Part shown: piece by piece, positions 1 to 8,308 of the stretch | How positions within the stretch are numbered: the first letter of the stretch is position 1 | Layout of the letters: every line of letters starts with the position of its first letter | Assembly: GCA_902788275.1 (NCBI GenBank) | Contig: CADAJV010000005.1 | Coordinates: 40,609-104,608 of the forward strand | Length of the DNA stretch: 64,000 nucleotides | Reading direction: 5' to 3' | Source: an uncultured Bacteroidales bacterium | GTDB lineage: Bacteria > Bacteroidota > Bacteroidia > Bacteroidales > Bacteroidaceae | The notes under the pieces: generated by a model | What the model saw: the letters and a program-made list of their open reading frames with translations, nothing else | Told to the model about the DNA's origin: nothing | Databases searched by the model: none | Translations under genes and position numbers: made by a program

Positions 1-1149
1 GGAATACCCAAGGAGATTATGCACGACGAGGCTCGTGTAGCAGCAACGCCCGAAACAGTGGGCAAGTTTGTAAAGGATGGTTTTGAGGTGCTTGTAGAGT
101 GCCATGCCGGCGATGGTGCCCTCTTTCATGACGAGGACTACGTAAGCGAAGGTGCCACTATGGTCAGCGACCCGCAGGAAATATACGATCGTGCCGAGAT
201 GATACTGAAGGTGAAGGAGCCGCTCTTCAATGAGCAGAAGCAGACGCACGAGGTCGATATGATGCACAGCGGGCAGGTGCTCATTACCTTTATCCACCCT
301 GCATCGCCCGTCAATCACGAGATGGTGCGCCTACTCACCGCCAAGGGAGTCACTGCCATCACCCTCGATGGTATTCCCCGCATCTCCCGCGCACAGAACA
401 TGGACGCCCTCACCTCTATGTCCACCTGCGCCGGCTACAAGGGTATCCTGATGGCTGCCAATCACCTGACCACCTTTGTGCCGTCGATGTTTACCGCCGT
501 AGGCCAGATCAAGCCTGCCAAGGTAATGGTTATCGGAGTGGGTGTGGCAGGCCTGCAGGCCCTGGCCACCGCCAAGCGTCTGGGTGCCATCACCTACGCT
601 GCCGACATACGTCCTATGGCAGTAGAGAACGCTTCCTCGCTCGGTGCCAAGACCGTTGACACCACCGTACCCCCCGAGCTGGCAGTGGCTGAGGGCGGCT
701 ACGCCAACCGATTGCCGGCCGATGTGCTCATCAAGGAGCAGGAGGCCCTGTGCGAGACCATCCAGCAGATGGATATCGTCTTCTGCTCAGCCCTCATTCC
801 GGGCAAGGTGGCCCCCATCATCATCACCGAGCAGATGGTCAAGGGCATGAAGAAGGGCTCCGTCATAGTGGATATCTCCATCGACCAGGGTGGCAACTGC
901 GAGCTTACCCCCAAGGGCGGCATCGAGACCAAGTACGGCGTTACCCTGATGGGCGTAAAGAATATTCCTGGCCTGCTGCCTACCAGCTCTACGTGGATGT
1001 TCTCTAACAACATGTACAATCTTGTGAACTATCTGGTGAAGGACGGCACACTCGTCCTTGACCGCAGCGACGAGATAGTCCAGAAGTCGCTAGTCTGCAT
1101 CGACGGACAGCTCGTTCACCAGGGAGCCCGTGAGGCAATGGGCTTGTAG
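1..1149 (+). CDS. pntAA: NAD(P) transhydrogenase alpha subunit, dI domain (5' end cut by window edge)
   Basis: Frame is open from base 1 (GIPKEIMHDEARVAATPE...), so the ATG at 19 is internal. AlaDH/PNT fold with VIGVGVAGLQA Rossmann motif. Followed by pntAB and pntB. Confidence 0.9.
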   Translation, partial: GIPKEIMHDEARVAATPETVGKFVKDGFEVLVECHAGDGALFHDEDYVSEGATMVSDPQEIYDRAEMILKVKEPLFNEQKQTHEVDMMHSGQVLITFIHPASPVNHEMVRLLTAKGVTAITLDGIPRISRAQNMDALTSMSTCAGYKGILMAANHLTTFVPSMFTAVGQIKPAKVMVIGVGVAGLQALATAKRLGAITYAADIRPMAVENASSLGAKTVDTTVPPELAVAEGGYANRLPADVLIKEQEALCETIQQMDIVFCSALIPGKVAPIIITEQMVKGMKKGSVIVDISIDQGGNCELTPKGGIETKYGVTLMGVKNIPGLLPTSSTWMFSNNMYNLVNYLVKDGTLVLDRSDEIVQKSLVCIDGQLVHQGAREAMGL

Positions 1150-1152
1150 GTA

Positions 1153-1257
1153 AGAATTGAAGAATGGAAGAATTGAAGAATTGAAGAATGGAAGAATGGA
1201 AAAGTTGAAAAGTTGAAAAATTGCAATTTCAATCCTTCCGTTCTTCAACTTTTTAAA
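1153..1257. repeat. GAATTGAA/GAATGGAA tandem array folding back on its own reverse complement (centre TTGCAA at 1221-1226)
   Basis: Direct reading: gaattgaagaatggaagaattgaagaattgaagaatggaa...ttgcaa...ttcaatccttccgttcttcaac. Confidence 0.85.
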
Positions 1258-1267
1258 CTCTGTAATA

Positions 1268-1585
1268 ATGCTTAGTCCAGTCATTCTCATATTAGTCTTT
1301 GTGGCCAGCACCGTTGTAGGCTACTTCATTATCCGCCAGGTGCCGAGCCTGCTGCATACGCCGTTAATGTCGGGCATGAATGCCCTGTCGGGAGTTACCA
1401 TCGTGGGGGCCATAGCCGCCACGGGCATAGCCCTGCTCAGCGGCGACGGAGTGCTGGCGCAGGTGGCCGGCGGACTGGCCATAGTGCTGGCGGCCGTCAA
1501 TGTGTTTGGCGGCTTCGGTGTTACCCACCGCATGCTGATGATGTTTCATAAAAAAGGTAAGAAACCGTTAGCCAGTAACAGTTAA
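1268..1585 (+). CDS. pntAB: NAD(P) transhydrogenase alpha subunit part 2 (small membrane subunit)
   Basis: 105-aa hydrophobic protein with 3 predicted TM helices between pntAA and pntB, the typical split-alpha arrangement. Confidence 0.85.
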   Translation: MLSPVILILVFVASTVVGYFIIRQVPSLLHTPLMSGMNALSGVTIVGAIAATGIALLSGDGVLAQVAGGLAIVLAAVNVFGGFGVTHRMLMMFHKKGKKPLASNS

Positions 1586-1592
1586 AAAAGTA

Positions 1593-1713
1593 GTTAAGAA
1601 GTTAAGCCAATAGTCAGATTTCTGAAAAATTTTTGGTAACTCCTAACTCCTAACTCCTAACTCCTAACTCCTAACTCCTAACTCCTAACTCCTCACTCCT
1701 CACTCCTCACTCC
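1593..1713. repeat. GTTAAGAA short array plus junction (1593-1615), then 8x TAACTCC + 3x TCACTCC heptamer array (1637-1713) ending 6 nt before the pntB ATG
   Basis: Counted directly: 11 consecutive heptamers, 77 bp. Confidence 0.9.
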
Positions 1714-1719
1714 TTAGTC

Positions 1720-3243
1720 ATGGACATCTATCAAGTAATTATTAGCAGCATCCTTGCTCTCACTGTCTTGCTGGGCATCTCGATGATGAGCCGCGTCAAG
1801 ACCGCCGTGGCTGGCAACTTCCTGTCGGCGGTAGCCCTCCTTACGGGAGTCGGCGTTACCCTGCTGTTCAATGAAGTTATCTCCGCCTGGACCGTATGGG
1901 TGGCCCTCATCATCGGAGCCCTTATTGGCAGCGTCATGGCCCGGCGTGTCAAGATGATACAGATGCCGCAGACCGTGGCACTCTTCAATGGCCTGGGCGG
2001 CGGGGCCTCCGCACTGGTGGGCCTGCTCTCCGTTATGGGCATAGGTTTCAGCGGCACACAGCTGGCCGCCATCGAGGCCGGCGGCTACTGGCCTTTTGTG
2101 CGGCTCACCGGGTTGCTGGCCATTGCCGTGGGCGTCATCACGCTGGTAGGCTCGCTGGTGGCTGCCGGCAAGCTTCACCGCCTGTTGCCGCAGCGCCCCA
2201 TCGTGTGGCCCTTCCATTCCGTGCTTACGCTAGTCTTCCTGTTGCTTACCCTGGCAGGCATAGTCGTTGGGACCCTCAATTATCCATTTGCTCCTCTTGC
2301 CACCGCCTTGGCTTCGGCCCTCTTCGGCCTCTACTTCTCCGTCAGGGTGGGTGGGGCCGACATGCCCATCACCATCTCGCTGCTCAACTCGCTCTCAGGA
2401 GTGGCCGGCTCCATAGCCGGCATGGCCATAGGTGATGTCTTCCTGGTGGCCGTGGGCGGCATAGTGGGAGCCTCCGGCCTGCTGCTCACGCAGATAATGA
2501 GTCGCGCCATGAACCGCAGCCTCCTCAGCATACTGGCAGGAGGAAAAGAGCAGAAGGCCAATAAACATATTGTCGATTCAGAAAAATACATACAACGCAT
2601 TATGGACTTGGAAAAGAAAATAAAAGAACTCGAGGAGATGGTCAAGAACCTTGAGGGGCGTGTGCAGACCCTCACGCTGCAGGTGGATAAGGCAGAGGAA
2701 AAGAATGCGCCAACCACCGCCCCCCAATCTCCAGCCAAGACAGCAGCCTCCGTACTCTCTGAGGCTAAGGATGTCATCATAGTGCCTGGCTACGGCATGG
2801 CCTTGGCCCAGGCGCAGCACCAGGTGCGCCAGCTGGCCGACAAGCTGGAAAGCCGCGGTGCCCGCGTGCGCTACGCCATCCATCCCGTGGCAGGCCGTAT
2901 GCCTGGCCACATGAACGTGCTGCTGGCCGAGGCCGATGTGGACTATGAGCAGCTCTACGAGATGGAGGCCATCAACGATGACTTCAAGAGCTGCGATGCT
3001 GCCGTGGTCATCGGTGCCAACGACGTGCTCAACCCCGCCGCCCGCAATGCCGAGGGCACGCCCATCTACGGCATGCCCGTGCTCAGCGTTGACGAAGCCC
3101 CCGAGGTGATAGTGTGCAACTACGACCTCAAGCCCGGCTATGCCGGAGTGGAGAATCCCCTCTACAAGCGCCAGCAGGGCGTTTACCTGGAGCTCGGCGA
3201 TGCCAAGGAGACCCTTATGCGCCTGATAGGCGAGATAGGGTAG
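1720..3243 (+). CDS. pntB: NAD(P) transhydrogenase beta subunit with extended coiled-coil linker
   Basis: Multi-TM dII domain followed by dIII (VIIVPGYGMALAQAQH, HPVAGRMPGHMNVLLAEA). About 45 extra residues lie in the dII-dIII linker. Confidence 0.9.
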   Translation: MDIYQVIISSILALTVLLGISMMSRVKTAVAGNFLSAVALLTGVGVTLLFNEVISAWTVWVALIIGALIGSVMARRVKMIQMPQTVALFNGLGGGASALVGLLSVMGIGFSGTQLAAIEAGGYWPFVRLTGLLAIAVGVITLVGSLVAAGKLHRLLPQRPIVWPFHSVLTLVFLLLTLAGIVVGTLNYPFAPLATALASALFGLYFSVRVGGADMPITISLLNSLSGVAGSIAGMAIGDVFLVAVGGIVGASGLLLTQIMSRAMNRSLLSILAGGKEQKANKHIVDSEKYIQRIMDLEKKIKELEEMVKNLEGRVQTLTLQVDKAEEKNAPTTAPQSPAKTAASVLSEAKDVIIVPGYGMALAQAQHQVRQLADKLESRGARVRYAIHPVAGRMPGHMNVLLAEADVDYEQLYEMEAINDDFKSCDAAVVIGANDVLNPAARNAEGTPIYGMPVLSVDEAPEVIVCNYDLKPGYAGVENPLYKRQQGVYLELGDAKETLMRLIGEIG

Positions 3244-3299
3244 GCGTCAGAAGCTCAGCACAAATTTCTACGGGCTCAGTATTATTTTCCTTGGGTCTT

Positions 3300-3356
3300 A
3301 GATAGAGGGGGGGAAGTATTACACGAAAAAATGTAATACTTCCCCCCCCTCTATCT
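3300..3356. repeat. Long perfect-like hairpin AGATAGAGGGGGGGAAGTATTACA / TGTAATACTTCCCCCCCCTCTATCT
   Basis: About 24-bp arms with one G/C bulge and an 8-9 nt A-rich loop. Shares the CCCCCTCTA/TAGAGGGGG word with other elements in the window. Confidence 0.85.
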
Positions 3357-3357
3357 G

Positions 3358-3505
3358 AGAGCCTTGAAAAAAAATTTAACTCCGTGGAAAAATAATCTAA
3401 CTCCGTGGAAAAAAAATCTAAGAGCCTTGAGCCGTCATTTTCAAGGCTCTTAGATTTCATTTCGAGGCTCTTAGTTTGCGTTTCGAGGCTCTTAGTTTGC
3501 GTTTC
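3358..3505 (+). repeat. 'TCTAAGAGCC word' element, copy 1
   Basis: 2x CTAACTCCGTGGAAAAA, a central palindrome TCTAAGAGCCTTGAGCCGTCATTTTCAAGGCTCTTAGA, and 2x TTTCGAGGCTCTTAGTTTGCG (3460-3480, 3481-3501). About 85% identical by eye to the reverse complement of 54192-54313. Confidence 0.85.
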
Positions 3506-3510
3506 CTTGG

Positions 3511-3563
3511 GGTTAGTTTAGAAGTTTAGAAGTTAAGAAGTTAAGCCGTTAGTCAAGACTATG
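3511..3563. repeat. GAAGTTWA array plus junction motif GCCGTTAGTCAAGACTATG
   Basis: ggttagtttagaagtttagaagttaagaagttaagccgttagtcaagactatg. Confidence 0.85.
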
Positions 3564-3640
3564 TCGCTTCGCTCTCACCTCCGCTTTTCGTGCTCCGCTT
3601 CGCGACAGCACTGCTTCGGTTCGCGATACCTTCGGCATTC
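3562..3640 (+). repeat. GCTTCGCTCTC...CCTTCGGCATT core element, copy A (candidate structured RNA)
   Basis: Shares its 5' end TGYCGCTTCGCTCTC and 3' end TCGCGATRCCTKCGGCATT with 14954-15141 and 54881-54962. Contains CTTCGG and GCTTCGC motifs. Confidence 0.75.
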
Positions 3641-3644
3641 GTCC

Positions 3645-3765
3645 TCTATCTCCTTCTATCTCCTTCTATCTCCCTCTATCTCCTTCTATCTCCTTCTATC
3701 TCCTTCTATCTCCTTCTATCTCCTTTTATCTCCTTTTATCTCCTTAACTTCTTAACTACTAAACT
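3645..3765. repeat. About 10x TCTATCTCCT decamer array (3645-3745), then CTTAACTTCTTAACTACTAAAC, which is the inverse of the 3511-3546 array
   Basis: Counted directly. The outer arms 3511-3546 and 3744-3765 are reverse complements and enclose the core element. Confidence 0.9.
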
Positions 3766-3866
3766 TTTTTCTTGGATTGCCATGTAAGGTTGCTGAAAAT
3801 TGCACATCTTTGGCGGTAAATGTGTAATTCCTTGGTGTTTTTTACGTGTGTATGAGAATTTATTCC

Positions 3867-3874
3867 TATTTTTG
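3867..3874 (+). promoter_or_regulatory. Candidate Bacteroidota -7 box TATTTTTG (TAnnTTTG) upstream of etfB
   Basis: Exact match to the TAnnTTTG consensus, 79 nt before the etfB ATG. Confidence 0.4.
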
Positions 3875-3952
3875 CACTTCATGGTGCGTGTACGCGCGCG
3901 TAATATGATAATGTGGTAAAAATTATTAACCTTAAATAAACTATAGAAGATT

Positions 3953-4834
3953 ATGAGTTTGAAAATCGTTGTCTTAGCCAAGCAGGTGCCCGACACGCGC
4001 AATGTGGGCCCCGACGCTATGACCCCTGAGGGCACTGTCAACCGTGCTGCCCTGCCCGCTGTGTTCAATCCCGAGGACCTCAACGCCCTTGAGCAGGCCC
4101 TGAGGCTGAAGGAGCAGTTCCCCGGCTCCACCATCAGTGTGCTGACTATGGGTCTGCCCAAGTCGGCCGAGGTTATCCGCGAGGCTCTCTACAGGGGTGC
4201 CGACCAGGGCTATGTGGTTACGGACCGTCCGCTGGGTGGTGCCGACACGCTGGCTACGAGTTACACTCTTTCGCAGGCCATAAAGAAGATTGGCGATTAT
4301 GACATTATCCTCGGTGGCCGTCAGGCTATCGACGGTGATACTGCTCAGGTGGGTCCGCAGATTGCCGAGAAGCTGGGCTTGACGCAGGTGACTTACGCTG
4401 AGGAGATTCTCAGCCTGGATCCCGAGAAGAAAAAGATTGTGGTGAAGCGTCATATTGACGGTGGCGTGGAGACTGTTGAGGCTCCGCTGCCGCTGGTGGT
4501 AACGGTCAACGGTTCTGCTGCCCCCTGCCGTCCGCGCAATGCCAAGCGTGTGATGAAGTATAAGAACGCCACTGCCGCTGCTGAGCGTACTCCTGAGCAG
4601 GCTGAGGCGCTGGCACCGCTATTGGAGAAGAAGCCTTACCTTGACATCACCCAGTGGGGTGCTGCCGATATTGATGCCGACCCGGCCCAGATAGGCAAGA
4701 CGGGCTCGCCTACCAATGTAAAGGCTGTGCAGAACATTGTGTTCAAGGCGAAGGAGAGCCGCACCATGACTGGCAGCGACGAGGAGATAGACTCCCTGAT
4801 TCAGGAATTGTTGAACGAAAAGATTATTGGCTAA
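3953..4834 (+). CDS. etfB: Electron transfer flavoprotein beta subunit
   Basis: MSLKIVVLAKQVPDT N-terminus and GGRQAIDGDTAQVGP motif. Immediately followed by etfA. Confidence 0.9.
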   Translation: MSLKIVVLAKQVPDTRNVGPDAMTPEGTVNRAALPAVFNPEDLNALEQALRLKEQFPGSTISVLTMGLPKSAEVIREALYRGADQGYVVTDRPLGGADTLATSYTLSQAIKKIGDYDIILGGRQAIDGDTAQVGPQIAEKLGLTQVTYAEEILSLDPEKKKIVVKRHIDGGVETVEAPLPLVVTVNGSAAPCRPRNAKRVMKYKNATAAAERTPEQAEALAPLLEKKPYLDITQWGAADIDADPAQIGKTGSPTNVKAVQNIVFKAKESRTMTGSDEEIDSLIQELLNEKIIG

Positions 4835-4840
4835 ACGACT

Positions 4841-5881
4841 ATGAATAACGTATTTGTATATTGCGAGATTGAGGGCCAGACGGTGGCTGATGTTAGTCTG
4901 GAGCTCCTCACTAAGGGCCGCAAGTTGGCTAATACCTTGGGCGTGCAGTTGGAGTGCATCTGCGCCGGCAGCGGGCTTGACGGGGTGGAGAGGCAGGTGC
5001 TGCCTTACGGTGTTGACAGGGTTCACGTGTTTGACGCTGAGGGTCTGTTCCCTTACACTTCCAATCCCCACACGGCTCTGGTGGTAAACCTCTTTAAGGA
5101 GGAGAAACCGCAGATTTGTCTGCTGGGCGCCACGGTGATTGGCCGCGACCTCGGTCCGCGTGTCAGCTCTGCCCTGTTCAGCGGCCTTACTGCCGACTGC
5201 ACTGAGTTGGAGATTGGCGACTTTGATATGAACGTAAAGAATGCCGACGGTCAGATGGAGAAGAAGCACTACGTGAATCAGCTCTATCAGATTCGTCCTG
5301 CATTCGGCGGCAACATCGTGGCTACCATCGTCAATCCCGAGCATCGTCCGCAGATGGCTACCGTCCGCGAAGGCGTTATGAAGAAGGAGGTGCTCGACCC
5401 CAACTATAAGGGCGAGGTTATCCGTCATGACGTGGCCAAGTATGTGCCCGAGACGGAGTATGTGGTCAAGGTGCTTGACCGCCATATTGAGAAGGCCAAG
5501 CACAACCTCAAGGGTGCTTCCATCGTGGTGGCCGGCGGCTACGGCATGGGCAGCAAGGAGGGCTTTGACATGCTCTTCGACCTGGCCAAGGAGCTGCACG
5601 CCGAGGTAGGTGCCAGCCGCGCTGCCGTGGATGCAGGCTTTGCCGACCATGACCGCCAGATTGGCCAGACGGGTGTTACCGTAAGGCCCAAGGTGTATAT
5701 CGCCTGCGGTATCTCCGGCCAGATTCAGCACATAGCCGGTATGCAGGACTCTGGCATCATCATCTCTATCAACAGTGACCCCAATGCCCCCATCAACACC
5801 ATTGCCGACTATGTCATCAATGGCACCGTGGAGGAGGTTGTTCCGAAGCTAATTAAGTATTACAAGAAAAACAGCAAGTAA
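4841..5881 (+). CDS. etfA: Electron transfer flavoprotein alpha subunit
   Basis: C-terminal FAD-binding region (VVAGGYGMGS, YIACGISGQIQHIAGM). Confidence 0.9.
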   Translation: MNNVFVYCEIEGQTVADVSLELLTKGRKLANTLGVQLECICAGSGLDGVERQVLPYGVDRVHVFDAEGLFPYTSNPHTALVVNLFKEEKPQICLLGATVIGRDLGPRVSSALFSGLTADCTELEIGDFDMNVKNADGQMEKKHYVNQLYQIRPAFGGNIVATIVNPEHRPQMATVREGVMKKEVLDPNYKGEVIRHDVAKYVPETEYVVKVLDRHIEKAKHNLKGASIVVAGGYGMGSKEGFDMLFDLAKELHAEVGASRAAVDAGFADHDRQIGQTGVTVRPKVYIACGISGQIQHIAGMQDSGIIISINSDPNAPINTIADYVINGTVEEVVPKLIKYYKKNSK

Positions 5882-5885
5882 AATG

Positions 5886-5917
5886 TAGTTAAGAAGTTAA
5901 GAAGTTAAGCCGATAGT
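5886..5917. repeat. GTTAAGAA x3 array plus junction GCCGATAGTA abutting the four-helix-bundle gene start
   Basis: gtagttaagaagttaagaagttaagccgatagt. Its inverse partner is at 6301-6400. Confidence 0.85.
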
Positions 5918-5918
5918 A

Positions 5919-6296
5919 ATGACTAACCAATTTCAGAATATTGTTGCATGGCAGAAGGCGCATGAATTTGTTCTTGTTGTGTATAAGACAACTGGCGCTT
6001 TTCCTGACAGTGAGCGTTTCGGGCTTTGTTCGCAGTTCCAGCGTGCAGCTGTCTCCATAGCAGCGAATATCGCTGAAGGGTACAAAAAACTAAGTAGGCA
6101 AGACAAGTTGCGTTTTTATAATATTGCACAAGGTAGTCTGGAGGAATGCCGATACTATATTATTCTTTCCAAAGACCTTGGTTATGTCAACGAATCAACT
6201 TACCTCTGTTTGTATACGACTCTTGAAGAGTGCAGCAAAACTCTCAATGCGTATTGCAAAGGTGTTGTTGACAATAATTTCAGCAATATTTTATAA
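5919..6296 (+). CDS. Four helix bundle protein (23S rRNA intervening-sequence protein / Avd-like family), copy 1
   Basis: AWQKAHEFV..., QFQRAAVSIAANIAEGY, GSLEECRYY motifs typical of TIGR02436/PF05635. Visibly more AT-rich than its neighbours. About 65% identical by eye to 22716-23084. Confidence 0.85.
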   Translation: MTNQFQNIVAWQKAHEFVLVVYKTTGAFPDSERFGLCSQFQRAAVSIAANIAEGYKKLSRQDKLRFYNIAQGSLEECRYYIILSKDLGYVNESTYLCLYTTLEECSKTLNAYCKGVVDNNFSNIL

Positions 6297-6300
6297 TTTT

Positions 6301-6400
6301 GACTAACTTCTCAACTTCTTAACTTCTAAAATCTCAAGCCTCAAACATAAAAACGGTAATGGCTTAACTTCTTAACTACTTAACTTCTTAACTTCTAAAC
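6301..6400. repeat. TTAACTTC arrays (two blocks) with CTCAAGCCTCAAAC spacer; inverse of 5886-5917
   Basis: gactaacttctcaacttcttaacttctaaaatctcaagcctcaaac...ggcttaacttcttaactacttaacttcttaacttctaaac. Confidence 0.85.
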
Positions 6401-6421
6401 TTTAAAAAAACCCAACCAACT

Positions 6422-8128
6422 ATGGCCAACTATTATAACGATGAGATAAAGTTTCAGCTTAACCACCCGCTGATGAAGCGTATCGTGGAGCTGAAGGAGC
6501 GCAACTTCGCTGACAAGGACCAGTTTGACTATGCTCCGCAGGACTTTGAAGACACTATGGACAGCTACGACCGCGTCATTGACCTGGCCGGCGACATAGC
6601 TGAGAATATCATTGCCCCCAACGCTGAGGACGTGGACGCTGAAGGCCCCCACTGTGAGAACGGTGGCGTGCGCTATGCCAGCAAGACCTACGAGAACCTT
6701 GACGCCACCGTCAAGGCTGGCCTCAACGGTGTGACTATGCCGCGTCGCTACGGCGGTCTCAACTTCCCGTGTACTCCCTACACAGCTATCAACGAGATCA
6801 TCGCCGCTGCCGATGCCGGCTTTGAGAATATCTGGTCGCTGCAAGACTGCATCGAGACTCTCTATGAGTTTGGCGACGAGGACCAGCGTCAGCGCTTCAT
6901 CCCCCGTGTATGCCAGGGCGAGACGATGTCTATGGACCTCACCGAGCCTGATGCCGGCAGTGACCTGCAGAGCGTGATGCTCAAGGCTACCTTCGACGAG
7001 AAGGAGAACTGCTGGCGCCTGAACGGCTGCAAGCGTTTCATCACCAATGGTGACAGCGATATTCACCTGGTGCTTGCTCGCTCGGAAGAGGGTACCAAGG
7101 ACGGCCGCGGCCTCTCCATGTTTATCTACGACAAGCGTCAGGGCGGTGTAACAGTACGCCGTATAGAGAATAAGCTCGGCATCCACGGCTCACCTACCTG
7201 CGAACTTGTATATAAGAATGCCAAGGCAGAGCTCTGCGGCGACCGCAAGCTTGGTCTTATCAAGTATGTGATGGCACTGATGAACGGCGCACGTCTAGGC
7301 ATCGCTGCCCAGAGTGTGGGTATCAGCCAGGCAGCCTACAACGAGGCTCTCGCCTATGCCAAGGACCGCAAGCAGTTTGGTCAGGAGATTATCAAGTTCC
7401 CTGCCGTCTATGAGATGCTGGCCAACATGAAGGCCAAGCTTGACGCCGGCCGTTCGCTGCTCTATATGACAGCCCGCTACGTAGATATCTATAAGGCACT
7501 GGAGGACATTGCCCGTGAGCGCAAACTCACTCCCGAGGAGCGTCAGGAGCAGAAGAAGTACTCCCGTATGGCTGACGCTTTCACTCCGCTGGCCAAGGGT
7601 ACCAACTCCGAGTATGCCAACCAGAACGCTTACGACTCTATCCAGATACACGGCGGCAGCGGCTTCATGCTGGAGTATGCCTGCCAGCGTCTCTACCGCG
7701 ACGCCCGTATCACCTCCATCTATGAGGGTACCACCCAGCTGCAGGTAGTGGCTGCCATCCGCTACATCACCAACGGCACCTACCTTAATATTATACGCGA
7801 GCTGGAGCAGGAGAGCGTAAGCGCTGAGATGCAGCCGCTGTTTGACCGCGCCAAGACTCTTGCCGACAAGCTGGAGGCATGCGTCAACGCTGTCAAGGAG
7901 GCTCAGAACCAGGAGCTGCAGGACCTTGCTGCACGCCACCTCTACGACATCACTGCCAACGCTATGATGGCTCACCTCATCACCCTCGATGCCAGCCGCG
8001 CACCCGAGCTCTTTGGCAAGAGCGCTCAGGTGTTCCTCAACCTGGCAGAGGCAGAGGTAGCAAAGAATGAGAAGTATATTGCCAACCTCAGCATTGAGAA
8101 GGTAGAACTGTATAAGCAGGAGGCTTAA
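6422..8128 (+). CDS. Acyl-CoA dehydrogenase (long form with C-terminal helical extension)
   Basis: ACAD N, middle and C domains (TEPDAGSDL, IYEGTTQLQ). Its conserved partners etfBA are upstream. Confidence 0.85.
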   Translation: MANYYNDEIKFQLNHPLMKRIVELKERNFADKDQFDYAPQDFEDTMDSYDRVIDLAGDIAENIIAPNAEDVDAEGPHCENGGVRYASKTYENLDATVKAGLNGVTMPRRYGGLNFPCTPYTAINEIIAAADAGFENIWSLQDCIETLYEFGDEDQRQRFIPRVCQGETMSMDLTEPDAGSDLQSVMLKATFDEKENCWRLNGCKRFITNGDSDIHLVLARSEEGTKDGRGLSMFIYDKRQGGVTVRRIENKLGIHGSPTCELVYKNAKAELCGDRKLGLIKYVMALMNGARLGIAAQSVGISQAAYNEALAYAKDRKQFGQEIIKFPAVYEMLANMKAKLDAGRSLLYMTARYVDIYKALEDIARERKLTPEERQEQKKYSRMADAFTPLAKGTNSEYANQNAYDSIQIHGGSGFMLEYACQRLYRDARITSIYEGTTQLQVVAAIRYITNGTYLNIIRELEQESVSAEMQPLFDRAKTLADKLEACVNAVKEAQNQELQDLAARHLYDITANAMMAHLITLDASRAPELFGKSAQVFLNLAEAEVAKNEKYIANLSIEKVELYKQEA

Positions 8129-8147
8129 TACGCCGAGCTGTATAGAC

Positions 8148-8185
8148 TTAGCCGCGGCTTCACTCTGACGTGAAGCCGCGGCTAA
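8148..8185 (+). terminator. GC-rich hairpin after the acyl-CoA dehydrogenase gene
   Basis: TTAGCCGCGGCTTCAC-loop-GTGAAGCCGCGGCTAA, a 16-bp stem. The downstream T tract is weak. Confidence 0.5.
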
Positions 8186-8190
8186 TTCAA

Positions 8191-8306
8191 TATAGAGGGA
8201 GATAGAAGGAGATAGAGGGAGATAAAGGGAGATAGAGGGAGATAGAGGACGATAGTCATGACTAACGGCTTAACTTCTTAACTTCTTAACTACTTAACTT
8301 CCAGAC
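8191..8306. repeat. About 6x GGAGATAGAG array, junction GATAGTCATGACTAACGGC (8251-8269), then TTAACTWC array ending CCAGAC
   Basis: Direct reading. 8251-8306 is the reverse complement of 8538-8575. Confidence 0.9.
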
Positions 8307-8308
8307 TA

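Noticed and set aside
3561-3787. Tracked ORFs 3561-3755 and 3590-3787 (SPSISFYLLLSPSISFYLLL...)
   Set aside because: They are translations of the TCTATCTCCT decamer array and the adjacent core element. The periodic low-complexity peptide has no start context, so they are not genes.
5919-6296. Diversity-generating retroelement context for the Avd-like four-helix-bundle genes
   Set aside because: No reverse transcriptase gene and no template/variable repeat pair is visible near any of the three copies in this window.
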